Positions 9,254 through 18,801 of a DNA stretch of 37,158 nt are shown piece by piece (the first letter of the stretch is position 1; the number at the start of each line of letters is the position of its first letter). The position numbers and the translations under genes are program-made. Below the pieces are notes generated by a model. It worked only from the letters and a program-made list of their open reading frames with translations. It searched no databases and had not been told where the DNA came from. The stretch spans positions 1 through 37,158 of the forward strand of contig JABIHA010000040.1 in the NCBI GenBank assembly GCA_018649885.1. The letters are read 5' to 3'. The stretch comes from Bacteriovoracaceae bacterium. GTDB lineage: Bacteria > Bdellovibrionota > Bacteriovoracia > Bacteriovoracales > Bacteriovoracaceae.

Positions 9254-10688
9254 TATTTCTTCCTTGCCTTAAATTTTCTTTTTCTTTCGGCCCTTACTTT
9301 CTTTTCACTGTTACTCATTTTTCCTAAGAACCACTTGTGGTTGTCATGGTTTAGGATCTCATCGAGTTTTTTCTCAAGCGCATGGGCAGCTTCAACCTTC
9401 GAAGGATTCGAACTTGCGAGTCCCTTTTCTATAAGGTGTTTAAGCTCTGGAATGAATTTAACATAAAAGTGTTTGGCTATTTCATAAGTACCATGCCAGT
9501 GAGTGTAGTCAGGTCCCATCATCGCAGCGCCATGTCTGGCCCTTCTGCCTTCGTGGTGCCATAGCTCAAACCATATGAAATCTATCTTATTAGAGAATTT
9601 CACAGGACTAATTAAAGGCTTGGCCACTTTCATTAAAGCGATACCAGGCTTGGCAAATTTTTCATTGTAAAGAGTGATAAGAGCGTCGTATTGCAGGTAG
9701 AAGTTTCCTACGTACTCATTATTGTGACAGCTGACACAAACCTTTTTCATATTGGCACGTCTAGTTTTCCAATTGATGTTAGCGCCTGGAAGACCAAGTT
9801 TCGCATCAGACACTTCAGGTCTAATGGAAGTAGGTGGTCTGTTATTCCAAGAGATTCTCATGCCCACATCATGGGTCACAGGCATAGTTTTTGTAGCAGA
9901 CATGTGACAAGTCGCACAGGTTGGCCCAGTATTATAGTCTTCACCTGGTATCCACTTGGGATTGTCTAGCTTCATCTTATGTTTGTTTGCTTGGTAGGCG
10001 ATGCCGTGTTTTGACTCGTTATAGATTTCTAATTGAGGATGGTCAGGTCCCATGTGACATTTACCACAATTTTCTGGCTGTCTTGCTTGAGCAACGGAAA
10101 ATTCGTGGCGAGAGTGACAGGCTGAACAAGCACCCTTTGATCCATCTGGGTTAATCCTTCCAATGCCTGTGTTGGGCCAAGTTGCTGGATCAAGTTTTCC
10201 ATTTTTTAAAACTTTAACTTCAGAGCCGTGACACTGCCAACAGCCGCTGACAGCAGCCGCACTATTTCCGTTTGGAAAACCTTCTGTTTTAAAGCCTCTA
10301 TTACCTTCGACAACCTCAGCTAAAATATTGTCAAGGGAGCCCAAAATATTTCCGGCCTCAACGTGGTGAGAGGATGCAAACTCTTTAACTTCCCTAGAGT
10401 GACATTTGGAACAGTCCTTAGGGGAGACGATAACAGAGATTCTTTTTTTGTAGTGCATGAATGCATCTTTGTCCGTCGCATTTGCTTGGTGACACTCATA
10501 ACAGGACACTTTCCCTCTATAGTGTTTAGAGGCCCCCACATCTCTACAATGGCAGGTGATGTCTTTTTGTGACATTCTATACAAGCCTTACTCTCAGTAG
10601 AGAATTCGTTGGGCGTCGTTTTGGCGTGAACCAAAGACACAAGTGAAAAAGTAACTAACAAGGTTTTGAGAAATAGTTTGCTGAACAC
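9253..10688 (-). CDS. hao: Octaheme hydroxylamine-oxidoreductase-family cytochrome c (reductive/epsilon-Hao-like), frameshifted at 10533-10537
   Basis: ORF 10320-10688 gives the signal peptide plus CIECH...EMWG; ORF 9253-10584 gives ASKHYRGKVSCYECH and six further CxxCH. Adding one G to G5 joins them into a ~478-aa protein with 8 hemes, GPDHPQLEIYNESKHG and HEGRRARHGAAMMGPDYTHWHG. Confidence 0.88.
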
Positions 10689-10782
10689 GTGACTCTCCGC
10701 ATTTATAAGTGATTATTGATATCATTATTTTATTTACAATAACATGTTGAAATCATTCTCGTCTTAATTGTAAAAGATATAA

Positions 10783-10796
10783 ATGATATAGGTCAA
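10783..10796 (-). promoter_or_regulatory. FNR/Crp-family-like box upstream of the hao operon
   Basis: Minus strand TTGAC-CTAT-ATCAT (8/10 match to TTGAT-N4-ATCAA), ~95 bp before the GTG start. Confidence 0.5.
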
Positions 10797-10877
10797 CATG
10801 TGGTGAAGAAATATTAAATAGTGCGCGTCTAATTTATCAAACTAATCTCTGATCTATCGCACCCTATTTTGACCGAT

Positions 10878-10904
10878 AAAAATAAGCCCCTTCTAGTAGG
10901 GGCT
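10878..10904 (-). terminator. Rho-independent terminator of por
   Basis: AGCCCCT-6nt-AGGGGCT stem followed on the minus strand by TATTTTT; overlaps the stop codon. Confidence 0.8.
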
Positions 10905-13900
10905 ATAGAGTCTTGAGGGTTTCTTGATGAAGCTCATAGGTCTTTGAGAAAAATTCTTCTTTCTTAATTTTACCGGTATCAAACTTAACCAGCAAAATTT
11001 GCTGGGCCCTATAATCCTTGTTTTCTACACCGGCCCGACTTTGAAGTCTTCTCCAATTTTTTCTTCTCTCAACACAAAATAAAACCATGTGCCTTGATAT
11101 GCCAACAGTTTTTCTCTTTCCGTTTTCATCTACAATATCTGTGTAGACGCCTACTACTGGTGTGTAGCTTCTATGGTTTAGGTCAAGGTAGCGTCTGTGG
11201 ATGACATCTGCTTGGGTGATTCGAACCAGCAGATCGTCGAGGTTAATCATTTTGTTATCGTCAGTTAATTTGATGAAGTGCCTTCTAAAACGTCCTTCTG
11301 TGGCGGCCCACTGTACAACTGTGGCATCGTAGGGCCTTTTATTGCTGTCTTTTTTTGAATTCCAGTCTCTTGAGTTTCTGGGGTTTGCTTTGATATCAAA
11401 GGCCTCGTGATCGTTTTCACCTAAGATAGGATTGAATATAAACTCAGGGGCCCCTCTGGTATCTCTGACACTAATGGCCTGCTTTTGGCTCATATTGTCG
11501 CCAACTCCATGCTCTGGCTGGCAAGTTGTGAAGGATTGAATAAACGAAACTCCTCGGTGGAGAAGTCCATCTAAGACGGCCTTGTAGTACTTTCCAGCAT
11601 TGGCCATAGAAACGGCGGCCACAAAAGGAGAGCCATGTCCCGAGGTAAATATTTGGGCCAACTCTTTTCTCTCTGTAAGCTTACCCTCTGAGTATTTACC
11701 GTATTGATTCATATCAAAACCACCAGGCATGATGGAGCTATCAGAGTTTTGACCTCCGGTATTGGAATAGACTTGGGTGTCGAGCATCAAAATGTGGATA
11801 TTGGGTCTGTTTTGTAAGATCACCTTTGATACGTTTTGAAACCCAATATCTCCAAGTGCGCCGTCTCCTCCAACTGCCCAAACCTTGGGAAGCTCTAGGA
11901 TTTCTAAATCACTCATTTGAGTGTCACTAAAATGAGTCAGAAATAGATAGTCATCCTGACCAAAACTATCAGCGCCAGAGAGAACTAAATTTGCCAGTCT
12001 CTCTGGAATTACTGAACGCCTTGCATGGTCCATGATAAAGCTTTCAGCAACAAGCCAGCCAATAGTTGCGCCGTCTTGAAATAGAGAGTTCATCCACGGA
12101 TAGGGGTGAGGATTTGAAGGATGGGTTGAGCCATAAACAGTGTTACAACCTGTAGATGCAGTCATACTCATGACTGTCATTCCTTGGTGGTGTCCATCAA
12201 TGACTTGATGGGTTTTATGATTGGCGGCATCTGTTTCGAGCACCGTGGAAAGGGCATCAATAAGATTTTTATCATTACCACTAAATTCTTTTTCAATTCT
12301 TTTTTTGGTTTCTTCCAAACTATCTGCGCCAATGCCCATGATTAAATGGGTGATGGCCAATTTAATATTTTCATAGCTAGTAGGATTTTTCTGGGAGAGT
12401 TTTTCAAGAGCTGCGAGTCCATTGGTTTTAATGGCACCCGCTACAGCTAGAACTCTTTCAATTTTTCTATCCCATACAGGTCTCATTAGCGCTTCTGTCA
12501 TGGTCACAATACCGCGTAGGACTGATTTTTCTCCGCATCCAGCACAGGAGCCATCACCACTAACAAATGCCTGGTAGTGATCTTGTACCATTAGGTGATT
12601 GTGTAAAATCGCCGCTCTAGTTTCTTCAATGTTATCTGGATCAAATAGTCCTAGGTATTTTCTGGGAGTTCTTGGAAGTGTTTTGAAAAACTCCATGGCA
12701 CTGAGATGCTCACCTCTAAGCTCAGAGTCTTCGTCTACCATTGTGAGGGCCTCATGATCTCCACATGCATCAACACATTCGGCGCAGCCCTTACACAGAT
12801 CACTTACAAATATAGAAAATAGTCCACCTTCTCCAGGAGATTTCTTTTCAAGCATTTGAAAGATACTTCTAGTCTTTCCATAGCCCAGGGGGAGAGTTTT
12901 TAAGATTTTTTTGATTTCATCAAGCGAATCGTGGGAGAGATCTCCAAGTTTCATCAATTGTTCTGAAACCAAATCGTTAAAAGGAGTGATATGTTTGTCT
13001 GCTATAGACTTGTTCATTCCCTCTCTTACCACCTCCGTGATCTCTGTTACTTTGGCCATAAGCATTTTTCTATCTTTTTCAGAGCTTACATATTGGCCAA
13101 AAACCTTTCTCAGTACTACATCCAGATCTTGTGAAGTATTGGGTAGAGCTGTATCAGGACAGACATCAATACAACTCATGCACTGGGTACATTTATAGGG
13201 ATCTATGACTGGTGTTTTTATTCTCGATACAAATTTCGAATTTCTTGCACCCGATGCCGCAGGCATTATCCCCGTTGCAGTGAGCGCCGAGGCCTTTTGA
13301 TTATAGATATCTCCCTCAAGAAACTCTTCACTATATTTTTTGAAATCAAAAATAGGGGAGTATACGCTTGCGTCCCCAGAAGGTGTTCCATCAACACTTT
13401 TGACACTGCAATTTTGAGGAGAGATAATGTGTCCTTTAAGAGCAGAGTTATCAAAATCATCAACTTCTCCAAAAGGTATTTTTTTGGTTTTTTCAAAACC
13501 AGCTTTCATCACTTCCATATTGGATGCCACAACATCATCACCAAAACGTCCAAATTTCTTATGGTACTGCTTATTCACAGTATCTAGGAAGGTATCGTGA
13601 TCAATACTGTGCTCTTTAAGAAATGTTGAAACTTGAAAGAAGGCACCGAGAAAACTATTTCCCTGCATTCTTGTTTGAAGGGCCTCATTACTGGTATTGG
13701 ACTTGGCCACTTCAAAGCCATTAAGAGTGTAGAGTTTTATATCGTGATCAATCAATTGCTTTCGATACTTGGGGGGGATTCGCTGCCAAACTTCTTTGTC
13801 ACTGATATTTGATTCCCAGATAAAGGCCCCGCCTGGCTTTAGGCCATTGAGGGGATTGGTATGGGTAAAGATTTTAGGGTCACAGCACAGGACAACATCC

Positions 13901-15522
13901 ACATGGTTTAGATCACAGTTAACTCTAATTCTTTCACGAGCAACTACTAAGAAGTAATTGGTAGGAGCACCTTTTTTCTCAGAACCGTATTTTGGATTGG
14001 CAGAGATATGTAAAAGTTGCTTTGATTTGTCAGTGTTTAGCTTGGAGACCTCTGAGAGGTTTCCAAGAATTTCGGCCATGTTTTTACCTGTGGTAATGGC
14101 ACCCCAGCCGCCAATAGAATGAATTCTAACAGCAATGGCACTTTCAGGGAGCAGGCTGACCACATCACTAGAAATGACTGCATAGGGGTGATTGACTCCT
14201 AAATAAATGAAGCTCTCTCCATCATTTGCAGCTTTTCCATCCATTCTTTTGGTTTTGCCTCTGACATACTCGTAGGCCCCCAAAATATTTTCCGGTCTAA
14301 AATCTCTCGATCCCAGTCCGTAAACCCCTTCAAATATACGGGGAACATCTTCTTCATTTAAAGTCGGAAGGTGGGCGTGACAATTGGTGGTGGCATTTTC
14401 ACGGGCCTTGGAAATGGCAGCACGCACATCTCTTGCAATGGGGTTTGAGCCAGAGTTAGGCTCATCAGTTCTCTCAAGAATAATGACATTTTTCAAACCA
14501 CTGATGGCCTCTATGATGGCCTTTTCGGGAAAGGGTCTTATGACATTGAGGTGCATGACACCAATATTATCATTGTGAGTTTCTTTAATGTAATCAATGG
14601 CCGCTTCTATATTTTCTGCACTTGAGCCCAGACTTAAAAAGACTGTGTCGGCCTTATCACAGTTGTATTTGTCTATAAGTCCATATTTTCGACCAGTGAG
14701 GTTATAGAATTCAGTATAGGCCTTTTCTAAAAATCCTAAAATATATTGATGAAAGGCACATCTTCTGGCGATAACACCAGTCATATAGTGTTCTTGGTTT
14801 TGAACAGAGCCCAATAGAATTGGATTTTTTAGACTATAGACTTCTGGAATTCTTCTACGTGTTGGGCCAAAGAGTTCTTTTTGTTCTTCTGTGGGAGTGT
14901 CGATAATATCTGAAGGGTGTCCCAGGTATTCTCTTATAAGCTCACTTTCAAGCTCAAGAAAAGTTCTTTCTAGGTGAGTTGTCAAAAAGCCATCTTGAAT
15001 ATTCATTCCAGGTGTTAGAGACAATTCAGTGACACGTCTTAGAATTAGGGTTTGGTCTACTGCTTGCTGGGCATCTTTGGCCATTAACATGGTCCAACCC
15101 GTATCCAGTGCGGCCATTATATCATCGTGTCCACAGTGAACATTAAGAGCGTGCTTGGTCAATGCCCTTGCACCAACATTGAGAACCATGGTGGAGAGTT
15201 TTCCTGGGGCGTGGTAGTACTGTTCAAGTCCATAGACTATTCCCTGACCAGAGGTAAAGTTGGAAACTCTTTTACCTGTTACTGAAAAGGCAATGGCCCC
15301 ACCTTGAGCAGAGTGCTCTCCCTCAGCTTCAACGGCCTTAACCTGATCACCAAAAACAGTTTGGGTTCCAGCCGCCACTGACATTTCAAAATTTTCACCT
15401 TGCTCTGTACTGGGGGTTATAGGATAAAAGACTCCACAATCAGAAATTCTCGCCTCTGTTTTTGAAACAAGTTGATTGCCATTGGTAGTCACTCTTTTTC
15501 CAGGGAATTTAAATTCTGGCAT
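10903..15522 (-). CDS. por: Pyruvate:ferredoxin (flavodoxin) oxidoreductase, single-chain long form
   Basis: YPITPS, AEGEHSAQG, GGWGAITTGK, ferredoxin motifs CTQCMSCIDVCP and CKGCAECVDAC, SCAGCGE, TPP motif GGDGA...YSNTGGQ. Likely start ATG 15522 after GGAG. Confidence 0.93.
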   Translation of the reverse strand: MPEFKFPGKRVTTNGNQLVSKTEARISDCGVFYPITPSTEQGENFEMSVAAGTQTVFGDQVKAVEAEGEHSAQGGAIAFSVTGKRVSNFTSGQGIVYGLEQYYHAPGKLSTMVLNVGARALTKHALNVHCGHDDIMAALDTGWTMLMAKDAQQAVDQTLILRRVTELSLTPGMNIQDGFLTTHLERTFLELESELIREYLGHPSDIIDTPTEEQKELFGPTRRRIPEVYSLKNPILLGSVQNQEHYMTGVIARRCAFHQYILGFLEKAYTEFYNLTGRKYGLIDKYNCDKADTVFLSLGSSAENIEAAIDYIKETHNDNIGVMHLNVIRPFPEKAIIEAISGLKNVIILERTDEPNSGSNPIARDVRAAISKARENATTNCHAHLPTLNEEDVPRIFEGVYGLGSRDFRPENILGAYEYVRGKTKRMDGKAANDGESFIYLGVNHPYAVISSDVVSLLPESAIAVRIHSIGGWGAITTGKNMAEILGNLSEVSKLNTDKSKQLLHISANPKYGSEKKGAPTNYFLVVARERIRVNCDLNHVDVVLCCDPKIFTHTNPLNGLKPGGAFIWESNISDKEVWQRIPPKYRKQLIDHDIKLYTLNGFEVAKSNTSNEALQTRMQGNSFLGAFFQVSTFLKEHSIDHDTFLDTVNKQYHKKFGRFGDDVVASNMEVMKAGFEKTKKIPFGEVDDFDNSALKGHIISPQNCSVKSVDGTPSGDASVYSPIFDFKKYSEEFLEGDIYNQKASALTATGIMPAASGARNSKFVSRIKTPVIDPYKCTQCMSCIDVCPDTALPNTSQDLDVVLRKVFGQYVSSEKDRKMLMAKVTEITEVVREGMNKSIADKHITPFNDLVSEQLMKLGDLSHDSLDEIKKILKTLPLGYGKTRSIFQMLEKKSPGEGGLFSIFVSDLCKGCAECVDACGDHEALTMVDEDSELRGEHLSAMEFFKTLPRTPRKYLGLFDPDNIEETRAAILHNHLMVQDHYQAFVSGDGSCAGCGEKSVLRGIVTMTEALMRPVWDRKIERVLAVAGAIKTNGLAALEKLSQKNPTSYENIKLAITHLIMGIGADSLEETKKRIEKEFSGNDKNLIDALSTVLETDAANHKTHQVIDGHHQGMTVMSMTASTGCNTVYGSTHPSNPHPYPWMNSLFQDGATIGWLVAESFIMDHARRSVIPERLANLVLSGADSFGQDDYLFLTHFSDTQMSDLEILELPKVWAVGGDGALGDIGFQNVSKVILQNRPNIHILMLDTQVYSNTGGQNSDSSIMPGGFDMNQYGKYSEGKLTERKELAQIFTSGHGSPFVAAVSMANAGKYYKAVLDGLLHRGVSFIQSFTTCQPEHGVGDNMSQKQAISVRDTRGAPEFIFNPILGENDHEAFDIKANPRNSRDWNSKKDSNKRPYDATVVQWAATEGRFRRHFIKLTDDNKMINLDDLLVRITQADVIHRRYLDLNHRSYTPVVGVYTDIVDENGKRKTVGISRHMVLFCVERRKNWRRLQSRAGVENKDYRAQQILLVKFDTGKIKKEEFFSKTYELHQETLKTL

Positions 15523-15903
15523 TTTTATGTACTCCGCTAATTTTATGAACGTAAATAGTATATTATAAAGAACGCACAAACAAAACGAGATCCTTTGTGT
15601 TTTGTTAAGAAGAAGCTTTAAGCGAATAATCGCCCCATGAAAATTTACACTGAATCATATTCAATTTTTGAGATTCAGACCTGATCAATAATAAAAAAGA
15701 ATATGCGAATTGTTGTGTGACAATAGAAGCATTTTAGGCAGCTTTTATTGGCAGTAATTCAATAAATTTTATTTCCTTAGGTTTCATGAATTACAGCAGC
15801 TTGCCCTCTTCGGTCAAAGGAGGAGTCCAAATTGGTTCACAATATAGGTAATGATTCACTTGTAAAAAACTGGCAAGTGAGAAAACCAAAAAGGGGAACG
15901 TTT

Positions 15904-16344
15904 ATGGGAACCATTAAGAGTGTGATTGTGGCCATGGCCTTAATTATGAGTGCAAGCTATGCCTTTGCTGGTACGAAAGAAGCTTTCTGTCCACCCGGAT
16001 CAGTGCCTGCTCCATCTGCACCAGGTTCATTGAGGTGTGTTCAAGCTGGTGCTAAAATCGAAAAATACAAGCTTCCAAGAAAGGGGAGTAAGTGTGGTCC
16101 ACTAGGACACGCTAAAATTAGAGAGTTAAAAAAGTCACACGGTGTGTTTAAAAGAGGTTTTGATTATTGTGGTCTCAGAAATAATTATTCAGGTGTTCAG
16201 GTGGCCGCTCTTCCAAAGCTTTGTAAGCCAATTTACAAACATCTTCCTCTTGTAAAAAGAGACGTGAGGAGTGGAAAAAGAGATTATTGTGTCTATGGAA
16301 CGCCTAGAATTAAAAAGGTTAGTGTAAAAACTAGAAACTGGTAA
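15904..16344 (+). CDS. Small secreted basic Cys-rich protein
   Basis: ATG 15904 after AGGGG; signal peptide ending YAFA; 6 Cys; Lys/Arg-rich; followed by a terminator. Confidence 0.75.
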   Translation: MGTIKSVIVAMALIMSASYAFAGTKEAFCPPGSVPAPSAPGSLRCVQAGAKIEKYKLPRKGSKCGPLGHAKIRELKKSHGVFKRGFDYCGLRNNYSGVQVAALPKLCKPIYKHLPLVKRDVRSGKRDYCVYGTPRIKKVSVKTRNW

Positions 16345-16365
16345 ATTTATCCAATAAATTTTCAG

Positions 16366-16398
16366 AAAAAGAGGGGAGTTTTTTAGCTCCCCTTTTTT
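16366..16398 (+). terminator. Rho-independent terminator (possibly bidirectional)
   Basis: AAAAA-GAGGGGAGT-loop-GCTCCCC-TTTTTT. Confidence 0.85.
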
Positions 16399-16467
16399 AT
16401 GACACGCAGAGTTTTGAATAACTCAATGGCAGTTCCAGTCGTGCCCTGAGTAATGAAACTTGTGTAT

Positions 16468-16481
16468 ATGACATTGGTCAT
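16468..16481. promoter_or_regulatory. Palindromic FNR/Crp-like site upstream of the Moco operon
   Basis: ATGAC-ATTG-GTCAT, same 5-4-5 architecture as the site at 10783-10796. Confidence 0.4.
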
Positions 16482-16550
16482 GGAAAATAGGATCAGACCG
16501 CTGCATATTTAACACTAGAAAAATGAAACCACGATGTGGTAAAACTAAGA

Positions 16551-16648
16551 TATTCCTTACCTTGAGGACCTAAAGCGAGACAGCAATGGACTTAAGGCGG
16601 TACGGCACACTTGGAAACGAGTTTGTTTCCCGAATTTGGAGAGGAATG
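16551..16648 (+). ncRNA. Moco (molybdenum cofactor) riboswitch / Moco RNA motif
   Basis: P1 UAUUCCU/AGGAAUG sequestering the SD; P2 CCUUGAG/CUUAAGG; CCUAA...AUGG internal element; GAAA-tetraloop stem; UUCCCGAAUUUGGAGAGG resembling the E. coli moaA leader end; directly 5' of moeA. Confidence 0.85.
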
Positions 16649-16651
16649 GAA

Positions 16652-17863
16652 ATGATATCTTCTGATATGGCCTTTCATGAAATCATGGATAGGCAAATTG
16701 TTTTGGGCAAGAAGGCTTGCTCAGTTTTTGATTCCCTAGGACAAGTACTCTCCTGTGATGTTTTCTATGAAAACAATGGCCCCTCTTTTGATCGTGTGGC
16801 CATGGACGGAGTGGCCATAAACTTCCAGCAACGTATCGCAGGAAATTTAACCACCCACAAAATTGAAGCTGTCCAGAGGGCCGGTACGGAAAAGCTAACA
16901 CTAAAACACCACGGTTGTGCCATTGAGGTGATGACTGGAGCGATTCTTCCAAATGGTGTTGATACTGTTATCCCCTATGAAAGATGCACCATCGAAAGTG
17001 GGAGTGTCAGCTTTGATCCCCAATATGATTTAAATATGGGATCCAATGTCCATAGAAAGGGAAGTGATTTCAAAAAAGGAGATCTTTGTCTAAAAAGATC
17101 ATCTCCTATCAGTGCTCCTATGATTGGCACTATTGTTTCACAAGGAGTCAGTGAGCTAGATGTGGTACGTACTCCTTCAATTTGTGTGGTCAGTACAGGT
17201 GACGAGTTAGTAGAGCTAGATGCCACTCCTTTTGAGCACCAGCTTCGCAGATCTAATCCCTACGCCATAAGATCTGTTCTAAGTGATTACGGAATAAAAA
17301 ATGTTGAGTTAAGCCATATTGTGGACGACAAAGAGATCCTCTATGAAAAGCTTGGGGCAATCATCAGTGACCACGATGTGACCATTATTACTGGTGGAGT
17401 GTCCATGGGGAAGTTTGATTTCATTCCCCAGATTTTGAGTGATCTAAAAGTTGAAAAAGTATTTCATAAAATTAAGCAAAAACCCGGAAAGCCAATGTGG
17501 TATGGAGTTAATGCAAGTGGGGCCCAAGTTTTTGGTCTTCCTGGCAATCCTATTTCCTCGCTGGTTTGTCTTATTCGTTATGTGGCCCCAGCTCTTTTAA
17601 AGGTCTCCGGTCACGGTTATCATCAGCGCTTTGTAAAACTCAGTCAAAAAATGAGTTTTAAAAAAGAGATGACTTACTTTCCACCTGTCATTGTGAATAT
17701 TGATGATCACGGTCAGCTGTGGGCAACCCCGATTGAATTTAATGGTTCAGGAGACTATGCGTCGCTTTCTCACAGTAGTGGGGTCGTTGAGTTATGTAGT
17801 CACAAAGAGCATTTTGAAAAGGGCAGTGTTGTGCCTATCTTTCTATGGAGAAAAAATCTATGA
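16652..17863 (+). CDS. moeA: Molybdopterin molybdenumtransferase
   Basis: FDRVAMDG, VMTGAILP, STGDELV, TGGVSMGKFD, KPGKP, GLPGNP. Start 16652 after GGAGAGG. Confidence 0.95.
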   Translation: MISSDMAFHEIMDRQIVLGKKACSVFDSLGQVLSCDVFYENNGPSFDRVAMDGVAINFQQRIAGNLTTHKIEAVQRAGTEKLTLKHHGCAIEVMTGAILPNGVDTVIPYERCTIESGSVSFDPQYDLNMGSNVHRKGSDFKKGDLCLKRSSPISAPMIGTIVSQGVSELDVVRTPSICVVSTGDELVELDATPFEHQLRRSNPYAIRSVLSDYGIKNVELSHIVDDKEILYEKLGAIISDHDVTIITGGVSMGKFDFIPQILSDLKVEKVFHKIKQKPGKPMWYGVNASGAQVFGLPGNPISSLVCLIRYVAPALLKVSGHGYHQRFVKLSQKMSFKKEMTYFPPVIVNIDDHGQLWATPIEFNGSGDYASLSHSSGVVELCSHKEHFEKGSVVPIFLWRKNL

Positions 17864-18801
17864 AAAGTCTTGTCGATCAGTCTGGAAGACATATTCACAA
17901 GCTAAGACTGGGTCTTTTAGACGCTTGTAATTTTCGCTGCCTTTATTGTATGCCAGATAATCCAGTTTTTATGCCTAAGAAAAATTGGATGAAAAGAGAA
18001 GAAATTTTTCGCCTTGCCAGTGTCCTAAATGGTCTCGGTATTGACGAGATAAGACTGACCGGAGGCGAGCCTACACTGCGTTCAGACTTCGTGGATATTG
18101 CTGAAGATATCTCAACTCTACCTCTAAAAAAGCTTGGTATTACCAGCAACGGAGTTACACTCGCTCCCCATTTAAAACGACTCCAGCAAACAAATTTAAA
18201 ATATATTAATTTAAGTTTAGATAGTTTAAATCGTGAAAAATTTAAAGAGCTTACAAAGATGGACGCCCTGGAAGAAGTGCTTAAGTGCATCTTCACAGCA
18301 AAAGAGTTGGGTTTTTCAGTGAAAATCAACACAGTGCTGATGAAGGGATACAACGATGACGAGATTCACCGTTTTGTAGATTTTTCTCGTGAGTACGATA
18401 TTGAAATCAGATTCTTAGAGCTTATGAAAATTGGTGTGGCCAGATCATTTTTTGAAAAGAGATTTGCTCCCATTGATGTGGCCATTGATGCAGTAACAAG
18501 TCGATTTGGCACAACAGATGTGATCTTGCCAAAAGACTCCACTTCTTTTGCCTATGATATTGAAGGAGGTGGCAGAATTGGATTTATTGCCTCTGAATCT
18601 AGACCCTTTTGTCACTCATGCTCTCGTCTTAGGCTAGGCCCTGATGGATGTATCAGACCTTGTTTAATGCTCGATAGTGGCTTTTCTCTAGTAGGGAAAA
18701 ATGAATCAGAGATAGAATCACTTCTACATAAAACCATGGCCTTAAAACCAGTAGATCGAATTGAGTCTGTCGCCCAGGCGATGTACCAAATTGGAGGATA
18801 G
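17860..18801 (+). CDS. moaA: GTP 3',8-cyclase (radical SAM)
   Basis: CNFRCLYCMP, LTGGEP, FCHSCSRLR...C, C-terminal IGG; ATGA overlap with moeA. Confidence 0.96.
   Translation: MKSLVDQSGRHIHKLRLGLLDACNFRCLYCMPDNPVFMPKKNWMKREEIFRLASVLNGLGIDEIRLTGGEPTLRSDFVDIAEDISTLPLKKLGITSNGVTLAPHLKRLQQTNLKYINLSLDSLNREKFKELTKMDALEEVLKCIFTAKELGFSVKINTVLMKGYNDDEIHRFVDFSREYDIEIRFLELMKIGVARSFFEKRFAPIDVAIDAVTSRFGTTDVILPKDSTSFAYDIEGGGRIGFIASESRPFCHSCSRLRLGPDGCIRPCLMLDSGFSLVGKNESEIESLLHKTMALKPVDRIESVAQAMYQIGG

Noticed and set aside
15523..15579. N-terminal extension of PFOR
   Set aside because: The RBS and conserved start favour ATG 15522.
16586..16651. N-terminal extension of moeA in the ORF track
   Set aside because: Lies inside the Moco riboswitch; the SD supports a start at 16652.
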